Made by a program: the position numbers and the translations under genes. Shown piece after piece: positions 18,682-28,130 of a DNA stretch of 56,323 nucleotides. The notes under the pieces were generated by a model. That model saw only the letters and a list, made by a program, of their open reading frames with translations. It did no database searches and was not told the DNA's origin. Each line of letters starts with the position of its first letter. Positions within the stretch are counted from its first letter, which is position 1. Location: NCBI GenBank assembly GCA_964440505.1, contig CAYTSP010000139.1, forward strand, positions 1 through 56,323. Direction: 5' to 3'. The stretch is from an uncultured Nitrospinaceae bacterium (GTDB lineage Bacteria; UBA8248).

Positions 18682-19671
18682 TCACTTCCATTCGACTAAT
18701 GACGCACCCCAGGTGAGGCCTCCACCGAAAGCAGCCATGAGGACATTATCTCCGCTTCTGATTTTCCCCTCCCTCACCGATTCATCCAGCGCAACCGGGA
18801 TGGTGGCCGCGGACATATTGCCATATTTGTTAATCGTGATTATTACCTTATCCATTGAGAATTCAAGCCGTTTCGCCACGGCCTCGATAATCCGCAGATT
18901 CGCCTGATGCGGAATAAAAATATCCACATCATCCAATGTGAGACCGCTTCGCTCCAGCATTTCATTACAGACTTCCAGGAAATAACGCACAGCCGTCTTG
19001 AACGTCTCTTTCCCTTTCATCTGCAGCAAATGCTCCTTGTTGTGCACATCGTTGGGCGTCATCGGCGCAAACCGCGAACCGCCTCCCGGGACCAGAATCA
19101 ACTCCCCGCCATTGCCGTCGCTGTAGACTCTAGAATCCAAGACGCCTCTTCTCCCATTCTCCGACGCTCCCACAACGACTGCGCCCGCGCCATCACCCCA
19201 CAAAACGCAAGTGCCTCTATCCTCCCAATTCGTCACCCGCGTCATGACGTCGGCAGAAACCAAGAGCACGTTCTTCATCATGCCCGAACGAATATAAGCG
19301 TCCGCCGCCTGAAGACCGTATACGAAGCCCGTGCACGCAGCATTCAAGTCAAACGCCGCGGCTTTGTTCGCACCGATATGGGACTGCAGCCAGCAGGCCG
19401 CGGCCGGGCACATCGTGTCCGGCGTGAGGGTGGTTACGATGATGAGGTCAATTTCCTCAGGCCCCACGCCCGCGGCTTCCAGCGCCTGATTGGCGGCATG
19501 AATCGATAAGTGGGAAGTCGCTTCGTCGGGCCTCGCCACACGCCGCTCGCTGATCCCCGTTCGATCGCGAATCCATTGGTCGCTGGTGTCGACCATTTTT
19601 TCCAGATCAGCGTTCGAGAGAACTCTTTCTGGGACATAAGAACCTGTGCCCAGGATGACGGAGTGGGTCAC
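18682..19671 (-). CDS. fabH: beta-ketoacyl-ACP synthase III
   Basis: NAACTGFVYGL carries the catalytic Cys, HQANLRI the His, and AAFGGGLTWG is the conserved C-terminal motif. Confidence 0.95.
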   Translation of the reverse strand: MTHSVILGTGSYVPERVLSNADLEKMVDTSDQWIRDRTGISERRVARPDEATSHLSIHAANQALEAAGVGPEEIDLIIVTTLTPDTMCPAAACWLQSHIGANKAAAFDLNAACTGFVYGLQAADAYIRSGMMKNVLLVSADVMTRVTNWEDRGTCVLWGDGAGAVVVGASENGRRGVLDSRVYSDGNGGELILVPGGGSRFAPMTPNDVHNKEHLLQMKGKETFKTAVRYFLEVCNEMLERSGLTLDDVDIFIPHQANLRIIEAVAKRLEFSMDKVIITINKYGNMSAATIPVALDESVREGKIRSGDNVLMAAFGGGLTWGASLVEWK

Positions 19672-19747
19672 AATATGATTCCCTATACGGGCGAGATAAC
19701 TTCCAAGGTATGATCGTAGTCGAAAACCGGGTCAGATATCAAGAGGG

Positions 19748-20851
19748 CTACTTTTCTTCATCGTCACTCTTTTTTTCGTCCCCCGTTACCTTCTCGTAAA
19801 AAATGCCCGTTCGTATCTGATTCCACAAGCGCCATCCCACATCTCCACTGCGCTGTATGGAGGTATGCTTGTCAATCTCTTTTTCTATCTTGGCATTAAG
19901 ATCGACCTTGACGATATTCGCCGTCGTACGGATGGCATTTTTCACGGCCTTCGAGTTGCTTCGGCCATGTCCAATTGTACAAATTCCACCTAAGCCCAGC
20001 AACGGCGCCGCCCCATATTCGGAATAATCGGTTCTTTGGCGCATGGATTTCAGTCCATTTTGCAAAAACATATATCCGATTTTACTGCGCATCGAACCGA
20101 CAATTTCCTCTCTGAGCAGCGTCGTCAGCATTTCACTGAGGCTCTCACTTACCTTCAAAGCCACGTTGCCCACGAACCCATCGCACACGACCACGTCGGT
20201 GCCGCCTTGAAAAATAGTACTCCCTTCTACATTGCCCACAAAATTCAAATCGCTTTTCACAAAAATCTCATGGACCGCCTTTAGCACATCGGTTCCTTTG
20301 GAATCTTCTCCACCCACGTTCAATAATCCCACCGTAGGCGCGGGTTTTTTGAACACTTCCTGGGTATATACGGAACCCATAATGCCGAATTGAAACAAGT
20401 GCTGGGCCCGCGGGCTTAGATTCGCCCCCACGTCCAGCATAACGGAAAATCCTTTAAGGGTGGGGACCAGAGCGGCAATGGCGGGCCGCTGAACCCCCGG
20501 CATACGCTGCAAGACGGCCAGACCCGTGGCGAAGGCGCCTCCGGTGTCGCCCGCGCTGAATACCCCCTGCGCTTCTCCGTCCTTGACCAACTGAAGGGCG
20601 ACGCGCATGGATGAGTCCGGCTTGGTCTTCACCGACTTCGTGGGTGATTCACCCATATCGATGACTTGACTCGCCGAGCGAATCTCAAAAACATCCCTAG
20701 AAGCTCCAAGACGGTCAAGTTCCGCCTCGATTCGCTCCGGCACGCCCACCAAGATGGATTCAATGCCCTCTTCCCGGTGAGCGTCCAACGCTCCTTCTAT
20801 GATTGCCGAAGGCGCGTTATCTCCCCCCATGGCATCTATTGCAATCTTCAT
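19748..20851 (-). CDS. plsX: phosphate acyltransferase PlsX
   Basis: MKIAIDAMGGDNAP is the canonical N-terminus. This ATG at 20851 lies just downstream of the rpmF stop; the longer track ORF (to 20926) would overlap rpmF. Confidence 0.9.
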   Translation of the reverse strand: MKIAIDAMGGDNAPSAIIEGALDAHREEGIESILVGVPERIEAELDRLGASRDVFEIRSASQVIDMGESPTKSVKTKPDSSMRVALQLVKDGEAQGVFSAGDTGGAFATGLAVLQRMPGVQRPAIAALVPTLKGFSVMLDVGANLSPRAQHLFQFGIMGSVYTQEVFKKPAPTVGLLNVGGEDSKGTDVLKAVHEIFVKSDLNFVGNVEGSTIFQGGTDVVVCDGFVGNVALKVSESLSEMLTTLLREEIVGSMRSKIGYMFLQNGLKSMRQRTDYSEYGAAPLLGLGGICTIGHGRSNSKAVKNAIRTTANIVKVDLNAKIEKEIDKHTSIQRSGDVGWRLWNQIRTGIFYEKVTGDEKKSDDEEK

Positions 20852-20871
20852 TATCTCTTCCAGCCGTAGTA

Positions 20872-21051
20872 TTATTCCTTCACTTCTAAAACTTTCTGTC
20901 CCTTGTAATACCCGCAGATATTGCACACCCGATGGGGCAACACCGGATTACTGCAGTTCGTGCAAACCGCAATCGATGGTTTCGCTGCCTTGTAGTGTGT
21001 TCTTCTTTTACGGCCTCGCGTCTGCGAGTGCCGACGTTTGGGAAGCCCCAC
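20872..21051 (-). CDS. rpmF: 50S ribosomal protein L32
   Basis: Absent from the ORF track (59 aa). My reverse-strand translation is (GTG)MGLPKRRHSQTRGRKRRTHYKAAKPSIAVCTNCSNPVLPHRVCNICGYYKGQKVLEVKE*. aaaggag lies ~8 nt upstream. The L32 PKRR-S-R-KRR start and CxxC...CxxC zinc ribbon are present, as is the conserved yceD-rpmF-plsX order. Confidence 0.85.
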   Translation of the reverse strand: MGLPKRRHSQTRGRKRRTHYKAAKPSIAVCTNCSNPVLPHRVCNICGYYKGQKVLEVKE

Positions 21052-21194
21052 AGCACCGCACTCCTTTCACAATAATACGTTAAACACGAGCAATTCCCGC
21101 CGATGCCCTCTCGGCTTCATACCCGAAAACAGAAACATCACATACTACCACATATTTCAAATTCCAGATTCCCCACACCCGAACCATTCACAAT

Positions 21195-21731
21195 TCATGC
21201 GGAGCCCCCTGGTTTCCAGCCACTGAGCGGCCCCCACCGCGGATCCGATTCCGCACCCACGCCGACGGACTCTCCCTCATCGAGTTTCCGGCAAGTTTCA
21301 GGCGCTTCTCCCAGACATTTATCAGGACATCGGGGCTGAACGGGAATCGCCAGCCCGATTTGATCGCGTACGGACGTTGTCAGATCCACCGTTTCATTTT
21401 CGATGTACGCGACCTCGAGGTCTTCTTCATTCAGTTCAACTTCACCTTCTGAACCGGAATCTTGCGGCATTTGCGAAAAATAGATGGACAAAGGCTCGTT
21501 GAATGGATGAATAAATTCCGCCAGACCAAGAGAGCATTCCAACAAAAACCGACCGCTCAACCGACCCTGGAAACTCACCTCATCAGAGCCTGTTTTTTCC
21601 AACTTGCCGTTTAGCTTTAGGCTTGACGCCCGGAACCAAACTTCCTCCAAATCATCCATTTCCAAATCCAGGGCAACATCCAGGCCATTATCCGGAATTT
21701 GGGAGAGAGGAAATTGAAGTATTTTCCCCAT
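21195..21731 (-). CDS. yceD: YceD/DUF177 family protein (23S rRNA accumulation protein)
   Basis: It sits immediately upstream of rpmF. It has an acidic mid-region, a C-terminal QPRCPDKCLG Cys pair and a ...DPRW tail typical of DUF177. The start is taken at MGKILQF (21731); the longer track ORF would overlap the ppx-like gene. Confidence 0.75.
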   Translation of the reverse strand: MGKILQFPLSQIPDNGLDVALDLEMDDLEEVWFRASSLKLNGKLEKTGSDEVSFQGRLSGRFLLECSLGLAEFIHPFNEPLSIYFSQMPQDSGSEGEVELNEEDLEVAYIENETVDLTTSVRDQIGLAIPVQPRCPDKCLGEAPETCRKLDEGESVGVGAESDPRWGPLSGWKPGGSA

Positions 21732-21921
21732 ATCGTTTCCCCAGAGGAAGTGCGCCACAAGACGGGTGCGTTTTGCGACATCGCGTCGCATCGGGCTCCT
21801 ATCCATAACGCCTGGTTTCGAAATATAAAAAGGCGGCGAGGAAGTGTCAACAACAAAGCACAAGGGGCTATATCGGGGCGCCCTGTGATTCATCGAATCA
21901 ACACACGCCTCACAATCGATT

Positions 21922-22881
21922 TCAACGATTCCGCGCGCTTGACTCCAACAACTCCAGAAGCCTTCCCTCTCGTACACCACCAGTTGATATGCCGAACTTC
22001 CTCTTGCGTCCCCACCGCAATAACGCGCGCACGACAATCAGCCCGGCAAGCGCTACGTCCTCGCGCCCCGTTTCGAAACCACGCAGCCCGTTTCTTTCTT
22101 CATAAGACAACCCGGCAAACCGACCGACCCATTCCTCGAAAAAAGAAGTGGGCAGCGAGAGGCCATTCACACCCCCGCCATGCGGTTCGCCTTCTGTCAA
22201 AAACCAAGCCAACGCCACCACTCCCCCACAGCCGATAAAGGGAATTTCCGTCAGTTCCGCCTCAGCGAAATCAACATCCGCCAACATCGCCTCCACCGCC
22301 TCCGAGCAAGCCTGAACCTGTTCATGAGGCGTGGGCATGTTCTTCAAATAGCGCTCCGTCAGATACACCACGCCGGCGGGAAGACTCGCCATCTCTCGGA
22401 CTTCGTCATGCTCAGCAAGCATCACCTCGAGACTTCCTCCGCCTACGTCGAACACCAACGCGCGCTCGGGTCTGACCGTCTCACCGGCGAAAACGCCCGC
22501 CAGCGCCAGGCGCGCTTCTTCCTCCGGTGTAATCACGCGCATTGCAATCCCCAGTCGCAGGGCGCGCGCTATGAATTCATCCGAGTTTCGCGCCTCACGC
22601 AGCGCGCTGGTCGCCAGGGCATCGATGAGATTGACGCGATGCGCCCCGATGATTTGCGCGAACCGGGCAAGGCAGGCGAGTCCTCTCTCCATGGCCTTCT
22701 CGGAGAGAAGGCCCGTTTCGCGAACCCCCTCGCCCAGGCGAATCAGTTCACGCCAGCGGCCATGCGATTCCAGCCTGCCCGCATTATCGATCGTAGCGAG
22801 CGCCAAGCGGGCCGCGTTCGTGCCCAGATCCACCACCGCTGCAAGCGGGGCCGAAGCGTCGGGGCGGGAATGCTCAGACAT
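21922..22881 (-). CDS. Ppx/GppA family phosphatase (exopolyphosphatase-like)
   Basis: It has the ASKHA-fold N-terminus AAVVDLGTNAARLALA, a second phosphate motif VFDVGGGSLEV, and is 319 aa. Confidence 0.8.
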   Translation of the reverse strand: MSEHSRPDASAPLAAVVDLGTNAARLALATIDNAGRLESHGRWRELIRLGEGVRETGLLSEKAMERGLACLARFAQIIGAHRVNLIDALATSALREARNSDEFIARALRLGIAMRVITPEEEARLALAGVFAGETVRPERALVFDVGGGSLEVMLAEHDEVREMASLPAGVVYLTERYLKNMPTPHEQVQACSEAVEAMLADVDFAEAELTEIPFIGCGGVVALAWFLTEGEPHGGGVNGLSLPTSFFEEWVGRFAGLSYEERNGLRGFETGREDVALAGLIVVRALLRWGRKRKFGISTGGVREGRLLELLESSARNR

Positions 22882-22905
22882 GAAAAAAGAGGATTTCCGG
22901 TGCGG

Positions 22906-23421
22906 TCATGAATTTCTGAAACGTTCTTTGTTGTTCATGTAGGAGACGGCGGCGTTCTTGAAACGCTCTATTTCCTCATCGTTGAGATCACGCACATATT
23001 TCGCAGGCGCGCCCAACCAGAGTGTTCCGGGCTCGATCACTCTATTCTCGGGCACGACGGCGCCCGCCCCGACGACGGCGCCCTCGCCTACCCTCACGTT
23101 GTTGAGCACGATGGCGCCCATCGCGATTACAGCGCCGTCACCCACCCGGCACCCATGCACGATGGCCATGTGGCCCACGGTAATGTCGTCGCCCAGTACG
23201 CAATCGTATTTTTCACTTTCTATATGCAGAATGGAGCCGTCCTGTATGTTGGTGCGCTTGCCCACGCGGATGGGCATGTGGTCTCCGCGCAGAACGCAGT
23301 TGTACCAAACGCTGCTGTGCTCGCCGATCTCCACGTCACCAATGACGACGGCGGTTTCCGCCAACCAGGCGGTTTCATGAATTTTAGGCAGCACTCCCTC
23401 AAAGGGAATCATCATGAGCAC
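22906..23421 (-). CDS. gamma-carbonic-anhydrase-like / hexapeptide-repeat (LbH) protein
   Basis: It is 171 aa with left-handed beta-helix hexapeptide repeats. The pattern IGDVEIGEHSSVWYNCVLRGD...IGKRTNIQDGSILH...GHMAIVHGCRVGDG is characteristic of the YrdA/PaaY family. Confidence 0.85.
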   Translation of the reverse strand: MLMMIPFEGVLPKIHETAWLAETAVVIGDVEIGEHSSVWYNCVLRGDHMPIRVGKRTNIQDGSILHIESEKYDCVLGDDITVGHMAIVHGCRVGDGAVIAMGAIVLNNVRVGEGAVVGAGAVVPENRVIEPGTLWLGAPAKYVRDLNDEEIERFKNAAVSYMNNKERFRNS

Positions 23422-23445
23422 TTTCTCCCTTGTTTGGTTTTCAGT

Positions 23446-24930
23446 TCAAAGACGTGATGTTTGCTGATCCGCGGCGCCGAATGACGGCTCGTGGGCCGCG
23501 GGTGAAGCCTGAACTTCCTTCAGCAGGGGCAAGTTGTCAAACATCGTTCGACGCTCGTCCAGGATCTTTTTGAAAGCCGAGCGCAGCGAACGGGGAAGCG
23601 GCATTCCTTTCGGGAGCTCCGCCTTCAAGGGATCCAGATACCGTCCACGGCGAGTGATCCGGTAATCGAGATGGGGGCCAGTGGACAAACCCGTGGAACC
23701 CACGTAGCCGATAACTTGACCCTGGAGAACCTGCCTGCCCTTGCGGATCCCGCGCGCATACCGATACAGATGGAGATAGGCGGTTCGGTAACCACCGCCA
23801 TGGCGCAGTTTGATCGTCTTGCCGGCCTGGCTTTTGCGGCCCACCCAGGCGACAACACCATCGGCGACCGCATGGACGGGCGTTCCCCGGGGCGCGGCGT
23901 AGTCGACGCCGAAATGGGGACGGTAGCGCTTGAGCAGCGGGTGAAAGCGCCTGCTCGAGAAGCGCGAACTGATTCGCGTATAGCGAAGCGGGGATCGCAA
24001 AAAGGCGCGGCGCAGAGACTCTCCTTCGAAATTATAATACCTGCCGCCTCCGCCCTCGAAGTACACCGCGGTGTGTCGCCTGTTCCTCACGGTGAACTCA
24101 GCCGCCAGAATCCGTCCGTAGCCGGTGAATTCATCCTGAATATGCTTTCGCTCGACCAGGACTTCCACCTGGTCTCCGCTCTGTAAATCCTTATGAAAAT
24201 CAATGACATATGCAAAAATATCGCTGAGCTTGCTCACCAGTACGGGAGAGCCGCCGCCATCGGCGATGGCATGATACAAGGAACTGTGAATACGGGATTG
24301 AATGCGTACGACATCAATGGAATAGGGAATGGCCTCTTTCGTGGCCCTCATCGCCCCGCCCGGCGTTCGCGAGATTCTGAGCCGATTTTCATTGTCGAGC
24401 TGTAGAACGAATTCGCGAAATTCTCCATCTTTTTTTCTCACTTCAAACCGGCGGCCCGCCCGAATGCGCGAAAAAATACGCTTTTCACGCACGCTATCCA
24501 GGACTTCCTGAATCTCCGAACGGCGCACTTTATGCGTCATCAACACGCCGATGACGGTGTCTGCTTTGGAGAACTTGCCCGCTTCCGTGGTGAGTTTTTT
24601 CTCTTTCGGCGGGCTTTTGGCTGGCTGATCGTCGGCGGTTTTCTTCAAAGCATTTTCTCTGGGCTTTTGATGAATCTGGTTCTGGGATGCTTGGGTGAAC
24701 TCGCGTTGTGTCGTATTTTTGCGCGCTTCTTCGGCTCTATGCGCATCAGGACTCGGAGCGAATTTTTCCGACGAATCGGGCGGGGGAGGCATCACGGAGC
24801 GGACGCTCAGTGACACGCCGATGCCCAGCGCCAAGAACACGCCAACTACCCAGAACTTCGCAGAACTGCTCTTGGGTTTTCGCGAGGAACCAAGTTGCGT
24901 GACGAGACGCGCCGTTATCCTGCGCATCAC
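23446..24930 (-). CDS. M23 family peptidoglycan DD-endopeptidase, membrane-anchored
   Basis: It has an N-terminal TM segment. The LytM motifs are HFGVDYAAPRGTPVHAVADGVV and GSTGLSTGPHLDYR. Confidence 0.85.
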   Translation of the reverse strand: MMRRITARLVTQLGSSRKPKSSSAKFWVVGVFLALGIGVSLSVRSVMPPPPDSSEKFAPSPDAHRAEEARKNTTQREFTQASQNQIHQKPRENALKKTADDQPAKSPPKEKKLTTEAGKFSKADTVIGVLMTHKVRRSEIQEVLDSVREKRIFSRIRAGRRFEVRKKDGEFREFVLQLDNENRLRISRTPGGAMRATKEAIPYSIDVVRIQSRIHSSLYHAIADGGGSPVLVSKLSDIFAYVIDFHKDLQSGDQVEVLVERKHIQDEFTGYGRILAAEFTVRNRRHTAVYFEGGGGRYYNFEGESLRRAFLRSPLRYTRISSRFSSRRFHPLLKRYRPHFGVDYAAPRGTPVHAVADGVVAWVGRKSQAGKTIKLRHGGGYRTAYLHLYRYARGIRKGRQVLQGQVIGYVGSTGLSTGPHLDYRITRRGRYLDPLKAELPKGMPLPRSLRSAFKKILDERRTMFDNLPLLKEVQASPAAHEPSFGAADQQTSRL

Positions 24931-25150
24931 GATCCCTTTCGAAGCATCGGGCGGACACTACATAAAACCGGCAGGTAGAACAAAAACTTCATCTTACCAT
25001 TGAAGTATCATTGTAGCAGATTTTCTTGATTTTTCAAATTTCCGTATCAGCAGCCTCTTCTTGAAGTGAAGAAGAATCCCGGGTTTGCCCGGGTCATGCT
25101 GTTTCAAATATCCAGATCCCCTGCACCTTGCTCAAAATGCGCTTTTTCCG

Positions 25151-25170
25151 CGCATTTGCCCGCATTTGCG
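25151..25170 (+). promoter_or_regulatory. direct repeat cgcatttgc x2 (10-bp period) upstream of the phage-derived operon; includes the 12-mer cccgcatttgcg
   Basis: cgcatttgcc cgcatttgcg was read directly, 128-147 nt upstream of the ATG at 25298. The 12-mer cccgcatttgcg (25159-25170) recurs identically at 32107-32118. Confidence 0.45.
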
Positions 25171-25297
25171 AGGCGAAGACTGCTCCCCGCTTTCCATATA
25201 TTCCACGACAGCGGCATCCTCTCGCGCCGGAGTGACGCGAAGGCGCGGCGGGAGAGCCGCTTCTCCCGATACGGGAGCCCTCATCCAGGAGAGTGGA

Positions 25298-26377
25298 ATG
25301 GGACATCGCTTCATGTATCAAAATCTCATCGATGAGGAGACGGCCATCGCCGCCACTTCCGTGGAAAAGGGATTCGTCGGCGCGGGCGTTCCCCGAGTCA
25401 CGGGCGCGGGCGGCTCGATGATCTTCTCGGGCGCCTATGCCGGGGAAGACCCGGAAGTCTACTCCGTGGAAATTGACGCCCCGGGTGATGTGGGAAGCGC
25501 CCGTTTCAAGTGGCGCAAGACGTCGACTCCCGCGGGCGGCTGGGAAGCCTCGAACATCCCCACCGCGCTGACGGATATCGCCCTGGATTCAGGCGCGAAG
25601 GTCCGCTTCGCAGGTGGCGCGGATTCACCCTCTTTCGCCTTAGGCGATCATTGGCAGGCGACGGCGAATCGCTTTTACTCGCCGAAAAGACTGTATGATC
25701 TCGACCCCGCCACGCGGTTGAGGAGCACCTCTCCGCCCGAAGACCCGTGGTCGCTCGCCCTCGATTTCGGCGCGGAAAAATCTCCCGACGCATTCATCGC
25801 TCACCTCCACAATTTCTCACCCGGAACAAGCCTCCGGATTCAGGCGAACAGCTCTGCAGACTGGCGCGCGCCCGCGCTTGATGAAAAGCTCGCCTGGCGC
25901 AATGGTACGCTCATCCACTATCTCTCCACTTCGCCGCGCTCGTATCGCCACTGGCGTCTTCTGGCCGAAGGCGCCGCGGGCGACTTGGATGCGTATCTGG
26001 AAATCTCGGAAATTTATCTGGGCGGTTATTTCGAGCCCGCCGATCACTTCTGGTTCGGAAACGTGGTGGGAGAAGAATCCTTCGAGGAAGGGGGCCGCAC
26101 GGAAAACATGGCGGAGCATCCGGTGCTCCTGAACCGGGGCCGCACGGTCACCCTGCCCTATGAGCGCATATCGGATGAGCAACGCGGGGAATTTCTTGCG
26201 ATGTACCGCGCTGTGAAGAACGTCGAAACACGGCGGGCCAAACCGTTCTTCGTTCATATGGATGTGGATGACCCCGCCTCGATAATACTCGCCCATTTCA
26301 CGGGCGGTTTCCTGCCTCGGCAGATGGGGCCGGATGATTTCTCCTTCGAACTTGTGCTTAAGGAAAGACTCGCATGA
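25298..26377 (+). CDS. phage-derived structural protein, function unassigned (P1)
   Basis: aggagag lies 4-5 nt before the ATG at 25298. It is first in a chain of translationally coupled genes, and its stop overlaps the next start (ATGA). I recognise no catalytic motif. The upstream part of the 25085 track ORF looks non-coding. Confidence 0.55.
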   Translation: MGHRFMYQNLIDEETAIAATSVEKGFVGAGVPRVTGAGGSMIFSGAYAGEDPEVYSVEIDAPGDVGSARFKWRKTSTPAGGWEASNIPTALTDIALDSGAKVRFAGGADSPSFALGDHWQATANRFYSPKRLYDLDPATRLRSTSPPEDPWSLALDFGAEKSPDAFIAHLHNFSPGTSLRIQANSSADWRAPALDEKLAWRNGTLIHYLSTSPRSYRHWRLLAEGAAGDLDAYLEISEIYLGGYFEPADHFWFGNVVGEESFEEGGRTENMAEHPVLLNRGRTVTLPYERISDEQRGEFLAMYRAVKNVETRRAKPFFVHMDVDDPASIILAHFTGGFLPRQMGPDDFSFELVLKERLA

Positions 26378-26907
26378 AGCGCGCTACGGACCAGGCTATC
26401 AAGGATATTGCCGGGCATGAAGGGAAAACCGCGCACGTCCTCTATCACCTCTCCACCGCCGGTGGAAAGCGCGTGTTCTGCGGCAAGCAGGTGCCCGACT
26501 CCCTGATCGGGCAGGGCGGAAGAATCCATTTCCTCGACGGGTCGCGGATTCTCGATGGCTCGCTCCTGCTGGGAGAGGGAGCGGAAGTGCTGCTCGGCGC
26601 CCATGACTGGATAGAGGACGGCGGCCGCTTCTCTCTCGGCGCGTTTCAGGGCCTATCCATTCTCGAGGCATTCAGAGAAAAAGAACTCTCGGGTCTTGCG
26701 ATAGCCATCAACAACGCTCCCGACATGGACGGCCACCCGCGTATGAGCCGTATGCTCGCGACGGAGCCGTTCGTGGGCGGGCGAGTCGACGTGCGCGTCG
26801 GGTTTTCGGGACAAAACATATCCGACGTTCTCTCGGTCGCGAGTTTCACCATCCGCCGGACCATCGAGCGCATCGAATCGGTCACGATTGAATGCGAGGG
26901 AAACTAG
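26374..26907 (+). CDS. phage-derived protein, function unassigned (P2)
   Basis: It has an ATGA overlap with P1 and the next ATG follows its stop directly. It contains FLDGSRILDGSLLLG, a motif repeated near the C-terminus of P3. Confidence 0.5.
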   Translation: MKRATDQAIKDIAGHEGKTAHVLYHLSTAGGKRVFCGKQVPDSLIGQGGRIHFLDGSRILDGSLLLGEGAEVLLGAHDWIEDGGRFSLGAFQGLSILEAFREKELSGLAIAINNAPDMDGHPRMSRMLATEPFVGGRVDVRVGFSGQNISDVLSVASFTIRRTIERIESVTIECEGN

Positions 26908-28119
26908 ATGGCCGACCCGACGACGGACAGGCTCTCGGATTCGTTTCAGATAGGCCGCGCTTCGCGATATGCCGCCCCTGAATTCGAAGACCAGAGCCTC
27001 CCCATCATCTACGGGGACTTGGCCACTCCTTCGCGCGAGAAAGCAGGCGTTTACGCACCCCCGAAAATCGACACCGCAGGTGACGGCGTCTACTGCGTGG
27101 CCGGGCACGAGATATGGGGCGGCGTCGTACTGTTCGACGACGATGGCCGCATCGAGGCGGATAATTACACGCTGGAACTCGCCCAGAACTTTCAGGGCCG
27201 TGGCGTCATCGCCACCGCCGCTTTCACCACCCCGCCAAAAGGGCGAGTGACGGCCGTATGCAAGGGCAGGAAAACCGCAGCGGGCGGGCTTATCGAAAAC
27301 CCCGCCGGGATCGTTCATGACCTCATGGAGAGCGTCTGGGGATTCAGTGAGCAGGATATCGACTTGCAGGCCCTCGCGCGCGCGGCAGCCGGCGCAAAGG
27401 CGCTCGGCTACCGGGCGGGCGGGATTATTCTGGATGATCATGCGCCCGCAGACGTTCTCACCGCGCTTTTGGGCGATTTCCTAGGACGATACGAAATCGA
27501 CCCGTTCGGTCGCCTGAAAATTCACATCGCCGGAGGGGAATCTTTCATTAACGCGCCACAAAAGGTATTGCCCCGCTTCGGCCAATCGCGCATCGAAGCG
27601 GAGATAGCGCGCGACACCGTCATCAACCAGGTTCCGGCGCTCTATGCGAGGAATTACCTGGGCGCGCGTTACATCAAACACGACGATGGAAGCGCTACCC
27701 AAAACAGGTCCTCCCAAAGGCTCTATGGCGTCAGGAGACCTCCTGAAAGCCCGCTCAGGCTCGAATGGATCCGGCGCGAGAGCGTGGCCGCCACTGTTCA
27801 ATCGCGCATCGTGGGGCGCTATCACGAACCCACCCGCATGCTCACCATCGAGGACGGCTCCCTGAGAGCGCTCGAAGTCGAACCGGACGACTACGTGGCG
27901 TTCAGCGTGCCCTGGATGCGCTCGAGGAAACTCGAACCCCTCGTGAATCAAATCGGAGAGGTTATCGAGGTGAATTACGACCTGGGTGAGCAGGGCATGG
28001 AACTCAAAATCCGGGATACCGGCTTTTTCCTGACGTCCTCCCCTCTTCTCGATGGCTCCAGAATACTTGAAGGCGATTGGCTCCTGGGTGCCGAGCGCGA
28101 CGCCGCCACTTACGCATAA
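26908..28119 (+). CDS. phage tail-tip/host-specificity-like protein (gpJ N-terminal-type) (P3)
   Basis: SLPIIYGDL... followed by ...IENPAGIVHDLMESVWGFSEQDIDLQAL...LGYRAGGIILD...ADVLTALLGDFLG resembles the conserved N-terminal tail-protein domain of lambda gpJ / GTA g15-type proteins. This is a recalled motif pattern, not a search result. Confidence 0.5.
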   Translation: MADPTTDRLSDSFQIGRASRYAAPEFEDQSLPIIYGDLATPSREKAGVYAPPKIDTAGDGVYCVAGHEIWGGVVLFDDDGRIEADNYTLELAQNFQGRGVIATAAFTTPPKGRVTAVCKGRKTAAGGLIENPAGIVHDLMESVWGFSEQDIDLQALARAAAGAKALGYRAGGIILDDHAPADVLTALLGDFLGRYEIDPFGRLKIHIAGGESFINAPQKVLPRFGQSRIEAEIARDTVINQVPALYARNYLGARYIKHDDGSATQNRSSQRLYGVRRPPESPLRLEWIRRESVAATVQSRIVGRYHEPTRMLTIEDGSLRALEVEPDDYVAFSVPWMRSRKLEPLVNQIGEVIEVNYDLGEQGMELKIRDTGFFLTSSPLLDGSRILEGDWLLGAERDAATYA

Positions 28120-28130
28120 AGGAGAAAACC

